A stretch of DNA of 64,000 nt from Candidatus Latescibacterota bacterium (GCA_965203355.1 OZ241889.1:1472001-1536000), one strand, 5' to 3'; numbered from the stretch's first letter, positions 9,238-19,932 are shown. Made by a program: numbers and translations. The notes: generated from the letters alone by a model not told the origin.

Positions 9238-10746
9238 CTACAAGATACCCACGCGGGTGCTGCTGGCGTCTTCTAACAGGCCATCGGCTGCCACGAGATT
9301 GAGCTGGCCTACTTCCGCGGGCGTCAGGTTTGGCAATCGGTCCACTAGCCGCAGAAAACGCTCGTTCTCGGCCGGGGCTACGAGTCCCTCGGTCAACACG
9401 GCTAGCTTGTCGACGTAGTCTGGCCGCGCAAAGGGCCGTGCGCCGAGGTAGTGGGCGTTGGGGTTGTCGAGGTGCTCGGCGAGTTGGGTGCCGTCGGCGA
9501 GGCGGACCACGACTTGGGCACCAAACTTTTTGTGGTCGGGATCGGGATGGTGATAGGCTTGAGTCCACTCGGCGACTTCTTCGGTGCGGATCTTGTGCCA
9601 CAGCGCGACGGTCGAAGGGCGGTGGGCGCGTTCCGAGGTATAGGAATGCACGTGGTGCCAAGCGCCGTCCTCCCAAGCGACGGCGAGGATGTACATGGCG
9701 CTGTGGTCCAGGGTCTCGCGCGAGGCGTCTGGGTCCATTTTCTGCGGATCGTTGGCCCCGGTGCCGATCACGTAGTGCGTGTGGTGGCTGGTGCGGATTG
9801 CGACGTCTGCCACTTGGTCGAGATCTATATTGCGGGCGTGGAGCCTGAAGCCGAGGTCGATCAGCGCTTGGGCTTGGTATTCGGCGGAGTGTTCCTTGGT
9901 GTAGGAGCGCAGGATAGCGCGCATCCGTTCACCGGGGTCGGGCAGGGGGACGCGGTATGTGGCGTCCGGCCCGGACAGCATGTAGGCGATGACGGCGTCG
10001 CGGCCCTCGTAGATGGGCGATGGTGCCCGCTCGCCCAGCCGCGCCCGGCCCACGGCTTCAATGGCGATCTTGTTGGCTTGGGCCGGGGCATAGGCCTTCC
10101 ACGAGGTGATGTCTCCTTTGCGCGACTGGCGGGTGGCGCAGGCTAGGTGCAGGCTCTGATTGATCGCTTGGTAAATTTGCGCGGTCGGCATCTGGAGCAT
10201 AGTCCCCAACCCGGCCGCTACGGCTGGGGCGAGGTGGGCGACGTGATCGATCTTGTGCTCGTGCAAGCAAATGCCCGTCACCAGTGCCATCTGTATCTCA
10301 TAGGCCGTGAGAATGCCCAGGGTCAGTGCGCGGCCATCGGCACCTGTTTGCTGGGCGGCGGCGAGCAAGCCGGGGATGGTGTCGCCGGGGTGAGAGTAGT
10401 CGGCCGCGAGGTAGGTGTCGTGCATGTCGAGTTCGCGCACGGCCACGCCGTTGGCGAGGGCCGCCCACTCGCAGTGGAAACGGCGGTTGTTGACCACGCC
10501 GAAGAGGCGGGCGCCGCTGTTGTGGGGGTAGCCCAAGGCGAGGAGGCGGGCGTTGCGCACGGGCGTGCGGTTGATCGCGGCGAGGGCGACTGCGGCATTG
10601 TCGATGACGCGATTGCCGATCATCTCGACGACATCCACGTCGGCTGCTTGGTTGTGGGCGGCGAGTTGGGCCAGTTTCCAGGCCAACTGCTCTTCGCGTG
10701 GGAGGACGGTACCGTCTGGGTGGGTTTTGACGATGTGGTTTTGCAT
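9238..10746 (-). CDS. prpD: MmgE/PrpD family 2-methylcitrate dehydratase
   Basis: NGVAVRELDMHDTYLAADYSHPGD, IDHVAH, SWKA, KEHSAEYQAQA, SRETLDHS. Confidence 0.88.
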   Translation of the reverse strand: MQNHIVKTHPDGTVLPREEQLAWKLAQLAAHNQAADVDVVEMIGNRVIDNAAVALAAINRTPVRNARLLALGYPHNSGARLFGVVNNRRFHCEWAALANGVAVRELDMHDTYLAADYSHPGDTIPGLLAAAQQTGADGRALTLGILTAYEIQMALVTGICLHEHKIDHVAHLAPAVAAGLGTMLQMPTAQIYQAINQSLHLACATRQSRKGDITSWKAYAPAQANKIAIEAVGRARLGERAPSPIYEGRDAVIAYMLSGPDATYRVPLPDPGERMRAILRSYTKEHSAEYQAQALIDLGFRLHARNIDLDQVADVAIRTSHHTHYVIGTGANDPQKMDPDASRETLDHSAMYILAVAWEDGAWHHVHSYTSERAHRPSTVALWHKIRTEEVAEWTQAYHHPDPDHKKFGAQVVVRLADGTQLAEHLDNPNAHYLGARPFARPDYVDKLAVLTEGLVAPAENERFLRLVDRLPNLTPAEVGQLNLVAADGLLEDASSTRVGIL

Positions 10747-11013
10747 GGCCTGTTTCCGCGATTGGTGGAGTTATAAAGAAAGAAATAATAGGGCCTGTTG
10801 TCTGTAATTGACAGATCATGGCCCCGCAATAGCTTTCACTTTTGATCGGCCTTGGCGGCGGCAGCGCAATCGGTGCGTAAAGTAAGCCTTTGGAAAAATG
10901 GAGAGTATGAACATGGCGAGCATCGCTGACCTCGCATCTGCGCTAGCCGCCAGATTTTTCCTGAGCGACCCGCAACCGTGGGTGGACGACGAACCAGAAA
11001 GAGAAGACCACAT

Positions 11014-13191
11014 ATGAACATTCAGGCGCACGAAGTGCTTAAAGCCAAGATCTGGGAAATCGCCAATCGGCTCCGGGGGCCGTACCGCCCCCCTCAATAT
11101 CGGCTGGTCATGCTTCCCATGGTCGTCTTGCGTCGGCTCGATTGTGTCTTGGAGCCGACTAAAGATGCCGTTCTCAAGAAGTGCGAAGAGCTTGAGGCGC
11201 AGCAGATGCCCGAAACGGCCATGGAGCGCGTGCTCGGCAAGGCCGCCGACCCGAACCGCAAACACCCCCTCTACAACACCAGCCCCTACACCTTTCCCCG
11301 GCTGCTCGGCGATGCCGAGAACATCGCGCCGAACTTCGCGTCGTACATCAACGGCTTTTCTCCGACGGCGCGGCGCATCTTCGAGCTTTTCAAGTTCGAC
11401 GACCAGATCGAGAAGCTCGACGCCAGCAACCGTCTCTTCACCATCGTCAAGGCGATGGCCGATGTCGATCTTCACCCGGCTCGGATCGACAACCTTCAGA
11501 TGGGCTATCTGTTCGAGCATCTGGTGATGCGCTTCAACGAGCAGGCCAACGAGGAAGCTGGGGATTACTTCACGCCGCGCGAGGTCATTCGCCTCATGGC
11601 GAACCTCATCTATACCGGCGAGCAGGAGGTCTATAAGCCTGGCATCTACCGCACGATTTACGATCCGGCGTGTGGAACGGGCGGTATGCTCGCCGAATCT
11701 GCGAAACTGATCCTCGCGCAAAACAAGCGGGCGCAGCTCGCGCTCTATGGCCAAGATTACAACGATGAGTCTTGGGCGATCTGTTGCTCGGATATGCTGA
11801 TCAAGGACGCGGAAACGGCCAACATCGTCCTCGGCGACACCCTCGGCGATGGCAAGACCGGCGACGGCTCCGAAGGCCAACGATTCCACTACCTCATGGC
11901 CAACCCGCCTTTTGGCGTCGAATGGAAAGATCAGAAAAACAAGGTCGAACACGAGCACAGGACCATGGGGTTTTCGGGGCGGTTCGGTGCTGGGCTTCCG
12001 GCCATTAGTGACGGCTCGCTGCTGTTCCTCCAGCACATGATTTCCAAGATGTATCCATTTAAGGAAGGGGACGAGGATCAGCCCGGCTCGAAGATCGCCA
12101 TTGTCTTCAACGGCTCGCCGCTGTTCTCGGGCGACGCTGGATCGGGGCCATCGAACATTCGCCGCTGGGTTATCGAGAATGACTGGCTCGACGCCATTGT
12201 GGCACTGCCGGACCAGCTTTTCTACAACACGGGCATCTTCACGTATGTTTGGCTGGTGACGAACCGCAAGCCGCTGGAACGGCGCGGCAAGGTGCAGCTC
12301 ATTGACGGCACCCGCTTCTTCGAGAAGATGAAGAAAAGCCTCAACAACAAGCGCAACGAGATCACCGAAGACCAAATCCGCGACTTGACCCGCGTCTATG
12401 GCAACTTCCGGGATGGCGAGACCGCAGCAGTGCCGACCAACGGCGATACCGAGACGTGCGTCATTTCTCGCATATTCGAGAATCGGGAGTTCGGTTTTCT
12501 CAAGGTGACGGTCGAGCGCCCGCTGCGGATGAATTTCGAGGTGACGGCGGAGCGGATTGCGAAGCTCGACGGGCAGACCGCCTTTGCGAATCTGGCGAAA
12601 TCGAAGAAGCGGAAGGATGCGGCCGCGGTTGAGCGCGAGGTCGCGGAGGGGCGGAAGCAGCAGGAGGCTATTCGCGTCGCGCTCGCAACGCTTGAAGGCA
12701 ATGGGCGTTACATGGACCGGGAGGCGTTTGAAGCGGATGTGATGAACGCTGCTAAACGGGCCGGTCTCAAGATTTCCGCTCCGATCAAGAAGGCGATTTT
12801 CGCGGCACTCGGCGAGCGCGATGCGGATGCCGAGATTTGTCGCGATGGCAAGGGACGGCCGGAGCCTGATGGCGAGTTGCGGGACACCGAGAACATTCCC
12901 TTGCCACCCGGAACGGAATTGCCGCTGCCGATGGATTTTGGGCCGGACAAACCCAACGACCGTTTGGTTGAAGCGTTTCGGGGCGAAATTGACGCTTACA
13001 TTGCGCGCGAGGTTTTGCCTCATGTGCCCGATGCTTGGGTGGACTACGACAAGACCAAGGTCGGCTACGAGATTCCGATCAACCGATATTTCTACGTCTA
13101 TAAGCCGCCGCGGCCGCTTGATGAGATCGAGGTGGATATTGTCGAGATTGAAAGGGATATTGCCGGGCTGTTGAAGGGGTTGGCGGTATGA
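11014..13191 (+). CDS. hsdM: Type I R-M N6-adenine methyltransferase subunit M
   Basis: YFTPREVI, motif I YDPACGTGGML, motif IV NPPF, LFYNTGIFTY, KVGYEIPINRYFY. Confidence 0.95.
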   Translation: MNIQAHEVLKAKIWEIANRLRGPYRPPQYRLVMLPMVVLRRLDCVLEPTKDAVLKKCEELEAQQMPETAMERVLGKAADPNRKHPLYNTSPYTFPRLLGDAENIAPNFASYINGFSPTARRIFELFKFDDQIEKLDASNRLFTIVKAMADVDLHPARIDNLQMGYLFEHLVMRFNEQANEEAGDYFTPREVIRLMANLIYTGEQEVYKPGIYRTIYDPACGTGGMLAESAKLILAQNKRAQLALYGQDYNDESWAICCSDMLIKDAETANIVLGDTLGDGKTGDGSEGQRFHYLMANPPFGVEWKDQKNKVEHEHRTMGFSGRFGAGLPAISDGSLLFLQHMISKMYPFKEGDEDQPGSKIAIVFNGSPLFSGDAGSGPSNIRRWVIENDWLDAIVALPDQLFYNTGIFTYVWLVTNRKPLERRGKVQLIDGTRFFEKMKKSLNNKRNEITEDQIRDLTRVYGNFRDGETAAVPTNGDTETCVISRIFENREFGFLKVTVERPLRMNFEVTAERIAKLDGQTAFANLAKSKKRKDAAAVEREVAEGRKQQEAIRVALATLEGNGRYMDREAFEADVMNAAKRAGLKISAPIKKAIFAALGERDADAEICRDGKGRPEPDGELRDTENIPLPPGTELPLPMDFGPDKPNDRLVEAFRGEIDAYIAREVLPHVPDAWVDYDKTKVGYEIPINRYFYVYKPPRPLDEIEVDIVEIERDIAGLLKGLAV

Positions 13192-14465
13192 GCTACTTCG
13201 CACGGAGTGATGAACTGCCTGAATGGGCGGCACAGGTCCCGGAAGGTTGGGATAGCAACTGGCTGAAGTGGTCGGTTGATCTATCCACGAAGCGCCCAAC
13301 TGAAGAGGAGCAAGAGATGCTTCCATATATCGCTAACGAGCATATTGCGTCATGGACAGGAAAACTCTTGATCGAGGAGCCGAAGTCGGCTGAGGCAGAC
13401 AGTCGGACATTTCAGAGAAACGATGTACTTTTCAACAAACTCCGTCCGTACCTTGCCAAGGTCTACCACGCGACATTCAACGGCGTTAGTTCAGGAGAAT
13501 TGCTTTGCTTGCGGCCAACACATGTCGTCGAGCCGCGTTTCCTCTTTTACGTACTCATGTCTAAAGGCTTCATCGACACAGTTAATGCGGAAACGTTCGG
13601 GGCTAAGATGCCTCGTGCGGATTGGGAAATTGTCGGCCATCAACCGCTACCCCTTCCCCCCCTCGACACACAGCGTCAAATCGCGCGGTTTCTGGACGAG
13701 CAGACGGCGCGGATCGACACACTGATCGAGAAGAAGCGGGTGCTTCTGGACCGGCTGGCCGAGAAACGCCAAGCCCTTATTACTCGCGCCGTAACGAAGG
13801 GACTCGATCTGGACGCTGCGATGAAACCCTCCGGGATCGAATGGCTCGGCGACATTCCCGCGCATTGGGAAGTGCTGCCCCTGCGTCGGGTCACACTCCG
13901 TGTAGCCACAGGTAGAACCCCGCCATCTAACGACGTGGACTACTTTACTGGCGGTCTTGTAAATTGGTTCACACCTGGTGATTTCTCGACGATCATTGAG
14001 CTTCGCGAATCCGCCCGAAAGGTGACCCCAGAAGCTATCGAGGACGGTGTCTGCACTCTCTTTCCTGCGGGAACCGTGTTCCTCGTCGGTATCGGTGCCA
14101 CTTTGGGTAAGGTTGCCGTGAGCGCGACGAGAGGATCGGCGAACCAGCAAGTCAATGCCATTCTGCCTGACAAGAACAACGATCCATACTTTATGGCGTA
14201 TTTCCTTCATGCTTTCAGGACAGAGGTGCGTGTCACATCCAATGGCAATACACTTGGAATACTCAACCAAGAAGGAACCAAGTCTCTTTTGATGCCCGTT
14301 CCTCCGCTCTCTGAGCAGAAAGCAATAGCATCCAAAGTGAGGAGTCACGATTCACGTGAAGCCGAGGTTATTCGGCGGATTGAGGAGAGTATTGGAGTAC
14401 TCTCGGAATACCGATCCGCACTCATCACAGCCGCTGTCACGGGACAACTGGAGGAACTGCAATGA
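13188..14465 (+). CDS. hsdS: Type I R-M specificity subunit S
   Basis: Two TRDs with conserved repeats (PPLDTQRQIARFLD..ALITRAVTKG; PSGIEWLGDIPAHW; PPLSEQKAIA..SALITAAVTG); ATGA overlap with hsdM. Confidence 0.93.
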   Translation: MSYFARSDELPEWAAQVPEGWDSNWLKWSVDLSTKRPTEEEQEMLPYIANEHIASWTGKLLIEEPKSAEADSRTFQRNDVLFNKLRPYLAKVYHATFNGVSSGELLCLRPTHVVEPRFLFYVLMSKGFIDTVNAETFGAKMPRADWEIVGHQPLPLPPLDTQRQIARFLDEQTARIDTLIEKKRVLLDRLAEKRQALITRAVTKGLDLDAAMKPSGIEWLGDIPAHWEVLPLRRVTLRVATGRTPPSNDVDYFTGGLVNWFTPGDFSTIIELRESARKVTPEAIEDGVCTLFPAGTVFLVGIGATLGKVAVSATRGSANQQVNAILPDKNNDPYFMAYFLHAFRTEVRVTSNGNTLGILNQEGTKSLLMPVPPLSEQKAIASKVRSHDSREAEVIRRIEESIGVLSEYRSALITAAVTGQLEELQ

Positions 14466-15073
14466 CCCTTGCTGCGCCGACATATTTCCAGCATCTCAGG
14501 GCCTATGTGAACAACCGCTATGTGATGCACGATGGTGCCGGGGGCGAAGTGATTCTCCGAGAAAAGTACTTCCCGGCGACAGGCACACGGGCCAAGACCC
14601 GTAAGATACGTCTGTTATTGCCGGGGCCGGGGCTCGCTTTCAAGCTTGACCATGATCAGATCGAACTGCTACGGAAGAAGAGCAAGCCGCCGCTCTTCCA
14701 TTTCCTTGACGACATCGCGAAGCCGTGGTCGAAGCGGTGCGATTTCGTGATCTTCTACGTCAATGGTCGCGCCTTCCACGCAGATTGCATCGAGTTCAAG
14801 TCGAAGAGCCTGAATACTGACAAAATCGTGCCCCAACTCAAGGCAGGGGTATGCTGGGTGAACACGCTGAAGCGGACCATAGAGCACTACACCGGCGATA
14901 AGCGTAGGGTTCGCATCCGCAAATTCGTTTTCGCAGAGAACGAGAATCCCGATCCGTATATTGACGGGAATCGGCAACTGAATGCCGATCCATCCATTCG
15001 CTACTATCACTTTGACGAGGTACAGGGGCAGCCCTTGGTTGATCTTCAGAACACTTCAGTACAGGAAGCGTGA
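14462..15073 (+). CDS. Hypothetical protein with PD-(D/E)xK-like motif
   Basis: KRCDFVIF...CIEFKSK pattern; ATGA-coupled to hsdS. Confidence 0.6.
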   Translation: MTLAAPTYFQHLRAYVNNRYVMHDGAGGEVILREKYFPATGTRAKTRKIRLLLPGPGLAFKLDHDQIELLRKKSKPPLFHFLDDIAKPWSKRCDFVIFYVNGRAFHADCIEFKSKSLNTDKIVPQLKAGVCWVNTLKRTIEHYTGDKRRVRIRKFVFAENENPDPYIDGNRQLNADPSIRYYHFDEVQGQPLVDLQNTSVQEA

Positions 15074-15184
15074 ACCATGCCCGCCGCACCGAATGCTCTT
15101 TCGGAACCGCTGTTCCAATTGTGCAGCCTTCTCGCGAATTCACACAGAAGTCCATATGGTGACAATATCCGTGATGAGTGACAC

Positions 15185-16348
15185 ATGAGAATTACCCGAG
15201 TAGCAGTCAGTCCAGAAGTCCTTTGCTGGGCACGGGAACGCGCCGGGTTCGAGTTGGCCGACCTGCAAGGCAGGTTCCCAAGGTTGGCGGAATGGGAAAG
15301 CGCGTCCAGCCAGCCCACGCTGAAACAGTTGCAAGACTTCGCCAAAGCGACGCGGGTGCCGTACGGATTTCTTTTTTTGCCAGAACCGCCAGCGATGCCG
15401 TTGCCGTTTACAGACTTCCGTGCGGTCGAAAGTCGACGACCCCAAGGCATCAGCCCAGAACTGATGGACACCGTCTACCTCATGCGGCGGCGGCAGGCTT
15501 GGCTGCGGGAAGAGCGGATGGAAGCGGAAGCGGGGCCGGTGGGCTTCGTCGGCCGCGCGTCGCTTGCGGACAACCCGGCGGAGATCGGCCAGAAAATGCG
15601 GCGAGTGCTCGGGCTGGTTGATGGCTGGGCGACGCGGGTGCCGACTTGGACGGCTGCCGTGGGCGAACTGCGCCAAGCCATTGAAGCACTCGGCGTCATG
15701 GCGGTGGTCAACGGCATCGTCGGTAACAATACCCGTCGCAAGCTGGATGTGAACGAGTTCCGCGGATTTGCCCTGAGCGATCCCCATGCCCCGCTGATCT
15801 TCGTCAACGGATCGGACGCCAAGTCCGCCCAGATGTTCACCCTCGCGCACGAATTGGCGCATTTGTGGCTGGGCGATGTGGGCGAGGGCTTGTCCGGCTT
15901 CAAGGAACTGCAACCGGGCGACGGAGAGGTGGAGCGATTTTGCGACCGGGCGGCGGCCGAATTCCTCGTGCCTGCCGCCGAGATTCGGGTCGCTTGGCAT
16001 TCGGTTGCCGAGGGCGGAGCACCCTTGGAGAGTTTGGCTCGGCACTTCAAGGTCAGCCCGGTGGTGATCGGGCGTCGGGCAATGGACCTGGATTTGATGG
16101 AATGCGACGAGTTTTTCGCTTTCTACCGCGATTACACTCAAAGAGAATACCAAAAAAAGCAGAAAGGACTGGGCGGTGGGGACTTCTACAGCAATCAGAA
16201 CTACCGCGTTGGCCGGCTGTTTGCTTCCCATGTGATCCGGGCGGCCAAGGAAGGGCGCATCGGCTTCAAGGAAGCCTATGACCTGACCGGACTGAAGGGT
16301 GGCACGTTCCAGCGGTATGCCAGCAAACTCGAAGTCGCGCCACCATGA
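15185..16348 (+). CDS. XRE-HTH plus ImmA/IrrE (peptidase M78) protein
   Basis: N-terminal HTH (LCWARERAG..WES..QPTLKQL), FRGFAL, zinc motif FTLAHELAHLWL, ERFCDRAAAEFLVP. Confidence 0.9.
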   Translation: MRITRVAVSPEVLCWARERAGFELADLQGRFPRLAEWESASSQPTLKQLQDFAKATRVPYGFLFLPEPPAMPLPFTDFRAVESRRPQGISPELMDTVYLMRRRQAWLREERMEAEAGPVGFVGRASLADNPAEIGQKMRRVLGLVDGWATRVPTWTAAVGELRQAIEALGVMAVVNGIVGNNTRRKLDVNEFRGFALSDPHAPLIFVNGSDAKSAQMFTLAHELAHLWLGDVGEGLSGFKELQPGDGEVERFCDRAAAEFLVPAAEIRVAWHSVAEGGAPLESLARHFKVSPVVIGRRAMDLDLMECDEFFAFYRDYTQREYQKKQKGLGGGDFYSNQNYRVGRLFASHVIRAAKEGRIGFKEAYDLTGLKGGTFQRYASKLEVAPP

Positions 16349-16869
16349 ATTCAACACCCGGCTATCTCATTGATTCCGACGTGCTGATCACGGCAAAGAA
16401 TCGATACTATGCGTTTGCGATATGTCCGGGATTTTGGGACAGCATGTTGCACGGTCATTCGCTTGGGCGCGTCCACAGCATCGATCAAGTCAGACAGGAA
16501 TTGCTCCTTGGCCGCGATGACGATGACTTGGTGCAGTGGGTTGGTGGGTCCGTACCCGCAGACTTTTTCCTCGACAGTGACGCTGAAGAAGTTGTCGATG
16601 CCTTCACTCGGGTCATGCGCTGGGTGACGCGCCGTGCGCAGTATCACGACGAGGCTAAGGCCAAGTTCGCCACCGGCGCGGATGGCTGGCTGGTCGCTCA
16701 TGGCGTGGTGAGCGGAAAGACCGTCGTTACCAACGAGCAGCCGCGCCCGGAGTCGCGCAACCAAATCAAACTGCCCGATGTCTGTAATGCCTTCTCCGTT
16801 GATTTCGAAGATACCTTCGCCATGCTGCATAAGCTCGGCGTCCAATATCGCTTTCAACCAAACTTGTGA
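16345..16869 (+). CDS. DUF4411 family PIN-like protein
   Basis: YLIDSDVLITAKNRYYAFAICPGFWD, ADGWLVAH, VVTNE, IKLPDVC; ATGA-coupled to the ImmA gene. Confidence 0.85.
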   Translation: MNSTPGYLIDSDVLITAKNRYYAFAICPGFWDSMLHGHSLGRVHSIDQVRQELLLGRDDDDLVQWVGGSVPADFFLDSDAEEVVDAFTRVMRWVTRRAQYHDEAKAKFATGADGWLVAHGVVSGKTVVTNEQPRPESRNQIKLPDVCNAFSVDFEDTFAMLHKLGVQYRFQPNL

Positions 16870-16872
16870 CCG

Positions 16873-19800
16873 ATGGCCGCGCACACCGAACGCGATTTCG
16901 AGGAGGCGATTGAAGCCGGGCTGACCGGCTCCGGCGGCTACGAGACGCGAAGCTCGAAAGCCTACGACGAAACGCTCGCCCTATTTCCCGGCGATGTTGC
17001 CGATTTCTTGAAGGAAAGCCAGCCCGCCAAATGGCAGGTGCTGGAAACGCTTCTTGGGCCGAAAACCGCGGCGACGGTGCTGGCCAGCCTGTCGAAGGAA
17101 TTGGAGATCAAAGGTACGCTCCACGTTCTGCGCCACGGCTTCAAATGCTACGGCAAAACCTTCCGCATGGCCTATTTCCGGCCCAACACCAACATGAACC
17201 CCGAGGCCGCGGCGAACTACGCCAAAAATCGGCTGACCATCACGCGCCAAGTGGCTTTCACCTCGGCTATGAAGAAGGCCGACGGCAAAAACCGCCGCTG
17301 CATCATTGACGTGACGCTTGCGGTCAACGGCATTCCGGTCGTTACCGCCGAACTCAAGAACCCGCTGACCGGACAATGCGCCGCTCATGCGATTCGCCAG
17401 TATGAGGACGAGCGGGACGAGCGCGATCTCCTCTTCGCTTTCAAGAAACGCGCACTGGTCCACTTTGCCGTGGACCCAGACGAGGCGTGGATGACGACGC
17501 GGCTCAGGGGCAAGGAAACTCGCTTCCTGCCTTTTAATCGAGGCAACGACCACGGGGCGGGCAATCCGCCGGTCGCCGGCAACTGGAAGGCCCATTACCT
17601 GTGGGACGAGGTGCTACAAGCCGACAGTCTGCTGGAAATCTTGCAACGCTTCATGCACCTCGAAGCAAAGGAGACGCGGGTCAAGACCAACAAGGGTGTG
17701 CGCACCGTGCGGCAAGAGACGATGATCTTTCCGCGCTATCACCAACTTGATTCGGTCCGAAAACTCGTCGCCCACGCCAAAGCTAATGGCGCGGGCCGGA
17801 ACTACCTGATCCAGCATTCGGCCGGTTCCGGCAAGTCGAACTCGATTGCGTGGCTCGCGCACCGGCTGGCCAGCCTGCACGACGAACGCGACGACAAGGT
17901 GTTTCATTCCGTCGTGGTCGTGACCGATCGGCGCGTACTCGATCGGCAGTTGCAGGAGACGATCTATCAGTTCGAGCACAAGACTGGCGTAGTCGAGAAA
18001 ATCGACGAGGACACCCAGCAACTGGCAAAAGCGCTGTCGCAGGGTACGCCCATCGTCATCACGACGATCCAGAAATTCCCCTTCATCTCGCAGGCACTCG
18101 CGACGCTTGAGCAGAAGGGTTCCGGTGTGCAGATCGACACGGCGGGAAAGCACTTCGCCGTCATTGTCGATGAAGCGCATTCGTCCCAGAGCGGCGCGAC
18201 CGCGACCGCTCTCAAGGGCATGCTGAACAAGGAAGGAATCGAAGCGGCCATTGCCGCGCAGCTTTCCGAAGAAGAGGACGACGATCTGTCGGACGAGGCG
18301 AAAGCGGCCGTGTTGCGCGATGCGCTGCGACGCACCAAGCAGCCGAACCTCAGTTTCTTCGCCTTTACGGCCACGCCGAAATTCAAGACGAAGGCCCTGT
18401 TCGACGAGCCCGGCTCGTCCGGCGCGTCACCCTTCCACGAGTACACCATGCGGCAAGCCATTGAGGAAGGCTTCATCATGGATGTGCTCGAGAACTACAC
18501 GACCTACAAGCGTTTCTTCGGCTTGGTCAAACAGGTCGAGGACGATCCCGACGTGCCGCGCAGGAAAGCCGCGAAGGCCCTGACGCGCTATCTGGAGCTT
18601 CATCCCGTCAATATTGAGCAAGTCGTTTCCGTCATCGTCGAACATTTCCGACTTCATGTGATGCACGAGCTCGGCGGACGCGCAAAGGCGATGGTTGTCA
18701 CGGGATCTCGCCTTGCCGCCGTGAGATACAAGCTCGCCTTTGACCGCTACATTGAAGAGCAAGGCTACACTGGCATCCGTTCGCTGGTGGCCTTCTCGGG
18801 TACAGTTGACGACCCGGATGACCCGGGATCGTCGTACACTGAAGTGGCGATGAACGACGGACTTGCTGAAAGCGAACTCCCGGAAGCCTTCGGACGCGAC
18901 GATTACCGGGTGCTGCTGGTCGCGGAGAAGTATCAGACCGGCTTCGATCAGCCGTTGTTACAGACGATGTATGTGGTGAAGCGGCTGGCTGGCGTTCAGG
19001 CGGTTCAGACCCTCTCTAGGCTCAACCGCATCGCGCCCGGTAAATCGCGGACCTTCGTGCTCGATTTCGCCAACGAGGAAGATGAGATCTACCAAGCGTT
19101 CAAACCCTATTACGAAACCACGCCTGTTGGCGAGAACGCCGATCCGCAGCGCCTGTCGGAACTGCAACACCGCCTACTGGAATGGAAGATATTTACGCCG
19201 GCCGATGTAACCGATTTCGCCCGAGTCTGGTATCGCCGCAAACGCGACCTGTCCGCAAATGATCACCGCATTATGAACGCCGTTCTTGATCTCGTTGTGC
19301 GGTGCTTTGAGGATCGCCGGGAGGAAGAACGAGAGGAGTTTCGCGGCCAGTTGAAAGCCTATCGAAACCTCTACGCCTTTTTGTCGCAGATCATTCCGTA
19401 TCAGGACAGCGATCTTGAACGGCTCTACGCTTTCGCAAGGAATCTCTTGGCGAAACTCCCGCCGCCGGGTGATGGCCAAGCCTTCGTTCTCGACGATGAG
19501 GTGGCACTCCAGTTCTTTCGGCTTCAGCAGATGACCGAAGGCTCTATTGACCTCTCGGAAGGCTACACTCGTCCCCTGAAGGGGCCGACCGATGTCGGCA
19601 CCGCGGGCGTCAAAGACAAAGCGGTGACGCTTTCGAGCTTGATCGACCGCCTCAACGAGCGGTTCGGCACCGATTTCACCGAGGCGGATCAGTTGTTCTT
19701 CGACCAGATACGTGCTTCGGCAGAGAACGACGAGAGCGTTTCGGAGGCCGTACGCGCCAATAATTTCGCAAACTTCGCCGCTTATCTGGATCGCCTGCTG

Positions 19801-19932
19801 GACGAACTGTTCATCGCGCGCATGGAAGGCAACGAAGAAATCTTCAAGAGGGTGATGACGGATACTGAGTTCCGTTCAGCCGCACATGAGCACTTGGCCC
19901 GCGAGATTTTCCAACGGGTGCGCGAAGCATAG
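16873..19932 (+). CDS. hsdR: Type I restriction endonuclease subunit R
   Basis: Nuclease motif D..LAVNGIPVVTAELKN, Walker A HSAGSGKS, DEAH box, FTATP, QTGFDQP, QTLSRLNR. Confidence 0.95.
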   Translation: MAAHTERDFEEAIEAGLTGSGGYETRSSKAYDETLALFPGDVADFLKESQPAKWQVLETLLGPKTAATVLASLSKELEIKGTLHVLRHGFKCYGKTFRMAYFRPNTNMNPEAAANYAKNRLTITRQVAFTSAMKKADGKNRRCIIDVTLAVNGIPVVTAELKNPLTGQCAAHAIRQYEDERDERDLLFAFKKRALVHFAVDPDEAWMTTRLRGKETRFLPFNRGNDHGAGNPPVAGNWKAHYLWDEVLQADSLLEILQRFMHLEAKETRVKTNKGVRTVRQETMIFPRYHQLDSVRKLVAHAKANGAGRNYLIQHSAGSGKSNSIAWLAHRLASLHDERDDKVFHSVVVVTDRRVLDRQLQETIYQFEHKTGVVEKIDEDTQQLAKALSQGTPIVITTIQKFPFISQALATLEQKGSGVQIDTAGKHFAVIVDEAHSSQSGATATALKGMLNKEGIEAAIAAQLSEEEDDDLSDEAKAAVLRDALRRTKQPNLSFFAFTATPKFKTKALFDEPGSSGASPFHEYTMRQAIEEGFIMDVLENYTTYKRFFGLVKQVEDDPDVPRRKAAKALTRYLELHPVNIEQVVSVIVEHFRLHVMHELGGRAKAMVVTGSRLAAVRYKLAFDRYIEEQGYTGIRSLVAFSGTVDDPDDPGSSYTEVAMNDGLAESELPEAFGRDDYRVLLVAEKYQTGFDQPLLQTMYVVKRLAGVQAVQTLSRLNRIAPGKSRTFVLDFANEEDEIYQAFKPYYETTPVGENADPQRLSELQHRLLEWKIFTPADVTDFARVWYRRKRDLSANDHRIMNAVLDLVVRCFEDRREEEREEFRGQLKAYRNLYAFLSQIIPYQDSDLERLYAFARNLLAKLPPPGDGQAFVLDDEVALQFFRLQQMTEGSIDLSEGYTRPLKGPTDVGTAGVKDKAVTLSSLIDRLNERFGTDFTEADQLFFDQIRASAENDESVSEAVRANNFANFAAYLDRLLDELFIARMEGNEEIFKRVMTDTEFRSAAHEHLAREIFQRVREA

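Noticed and set aside
10816-13326. 836-aa antisense ORF over hsdM
   Set aside because: Shadow of a GC-rich gene; no recognisable motifs, while hsdM on + is unambiguous.
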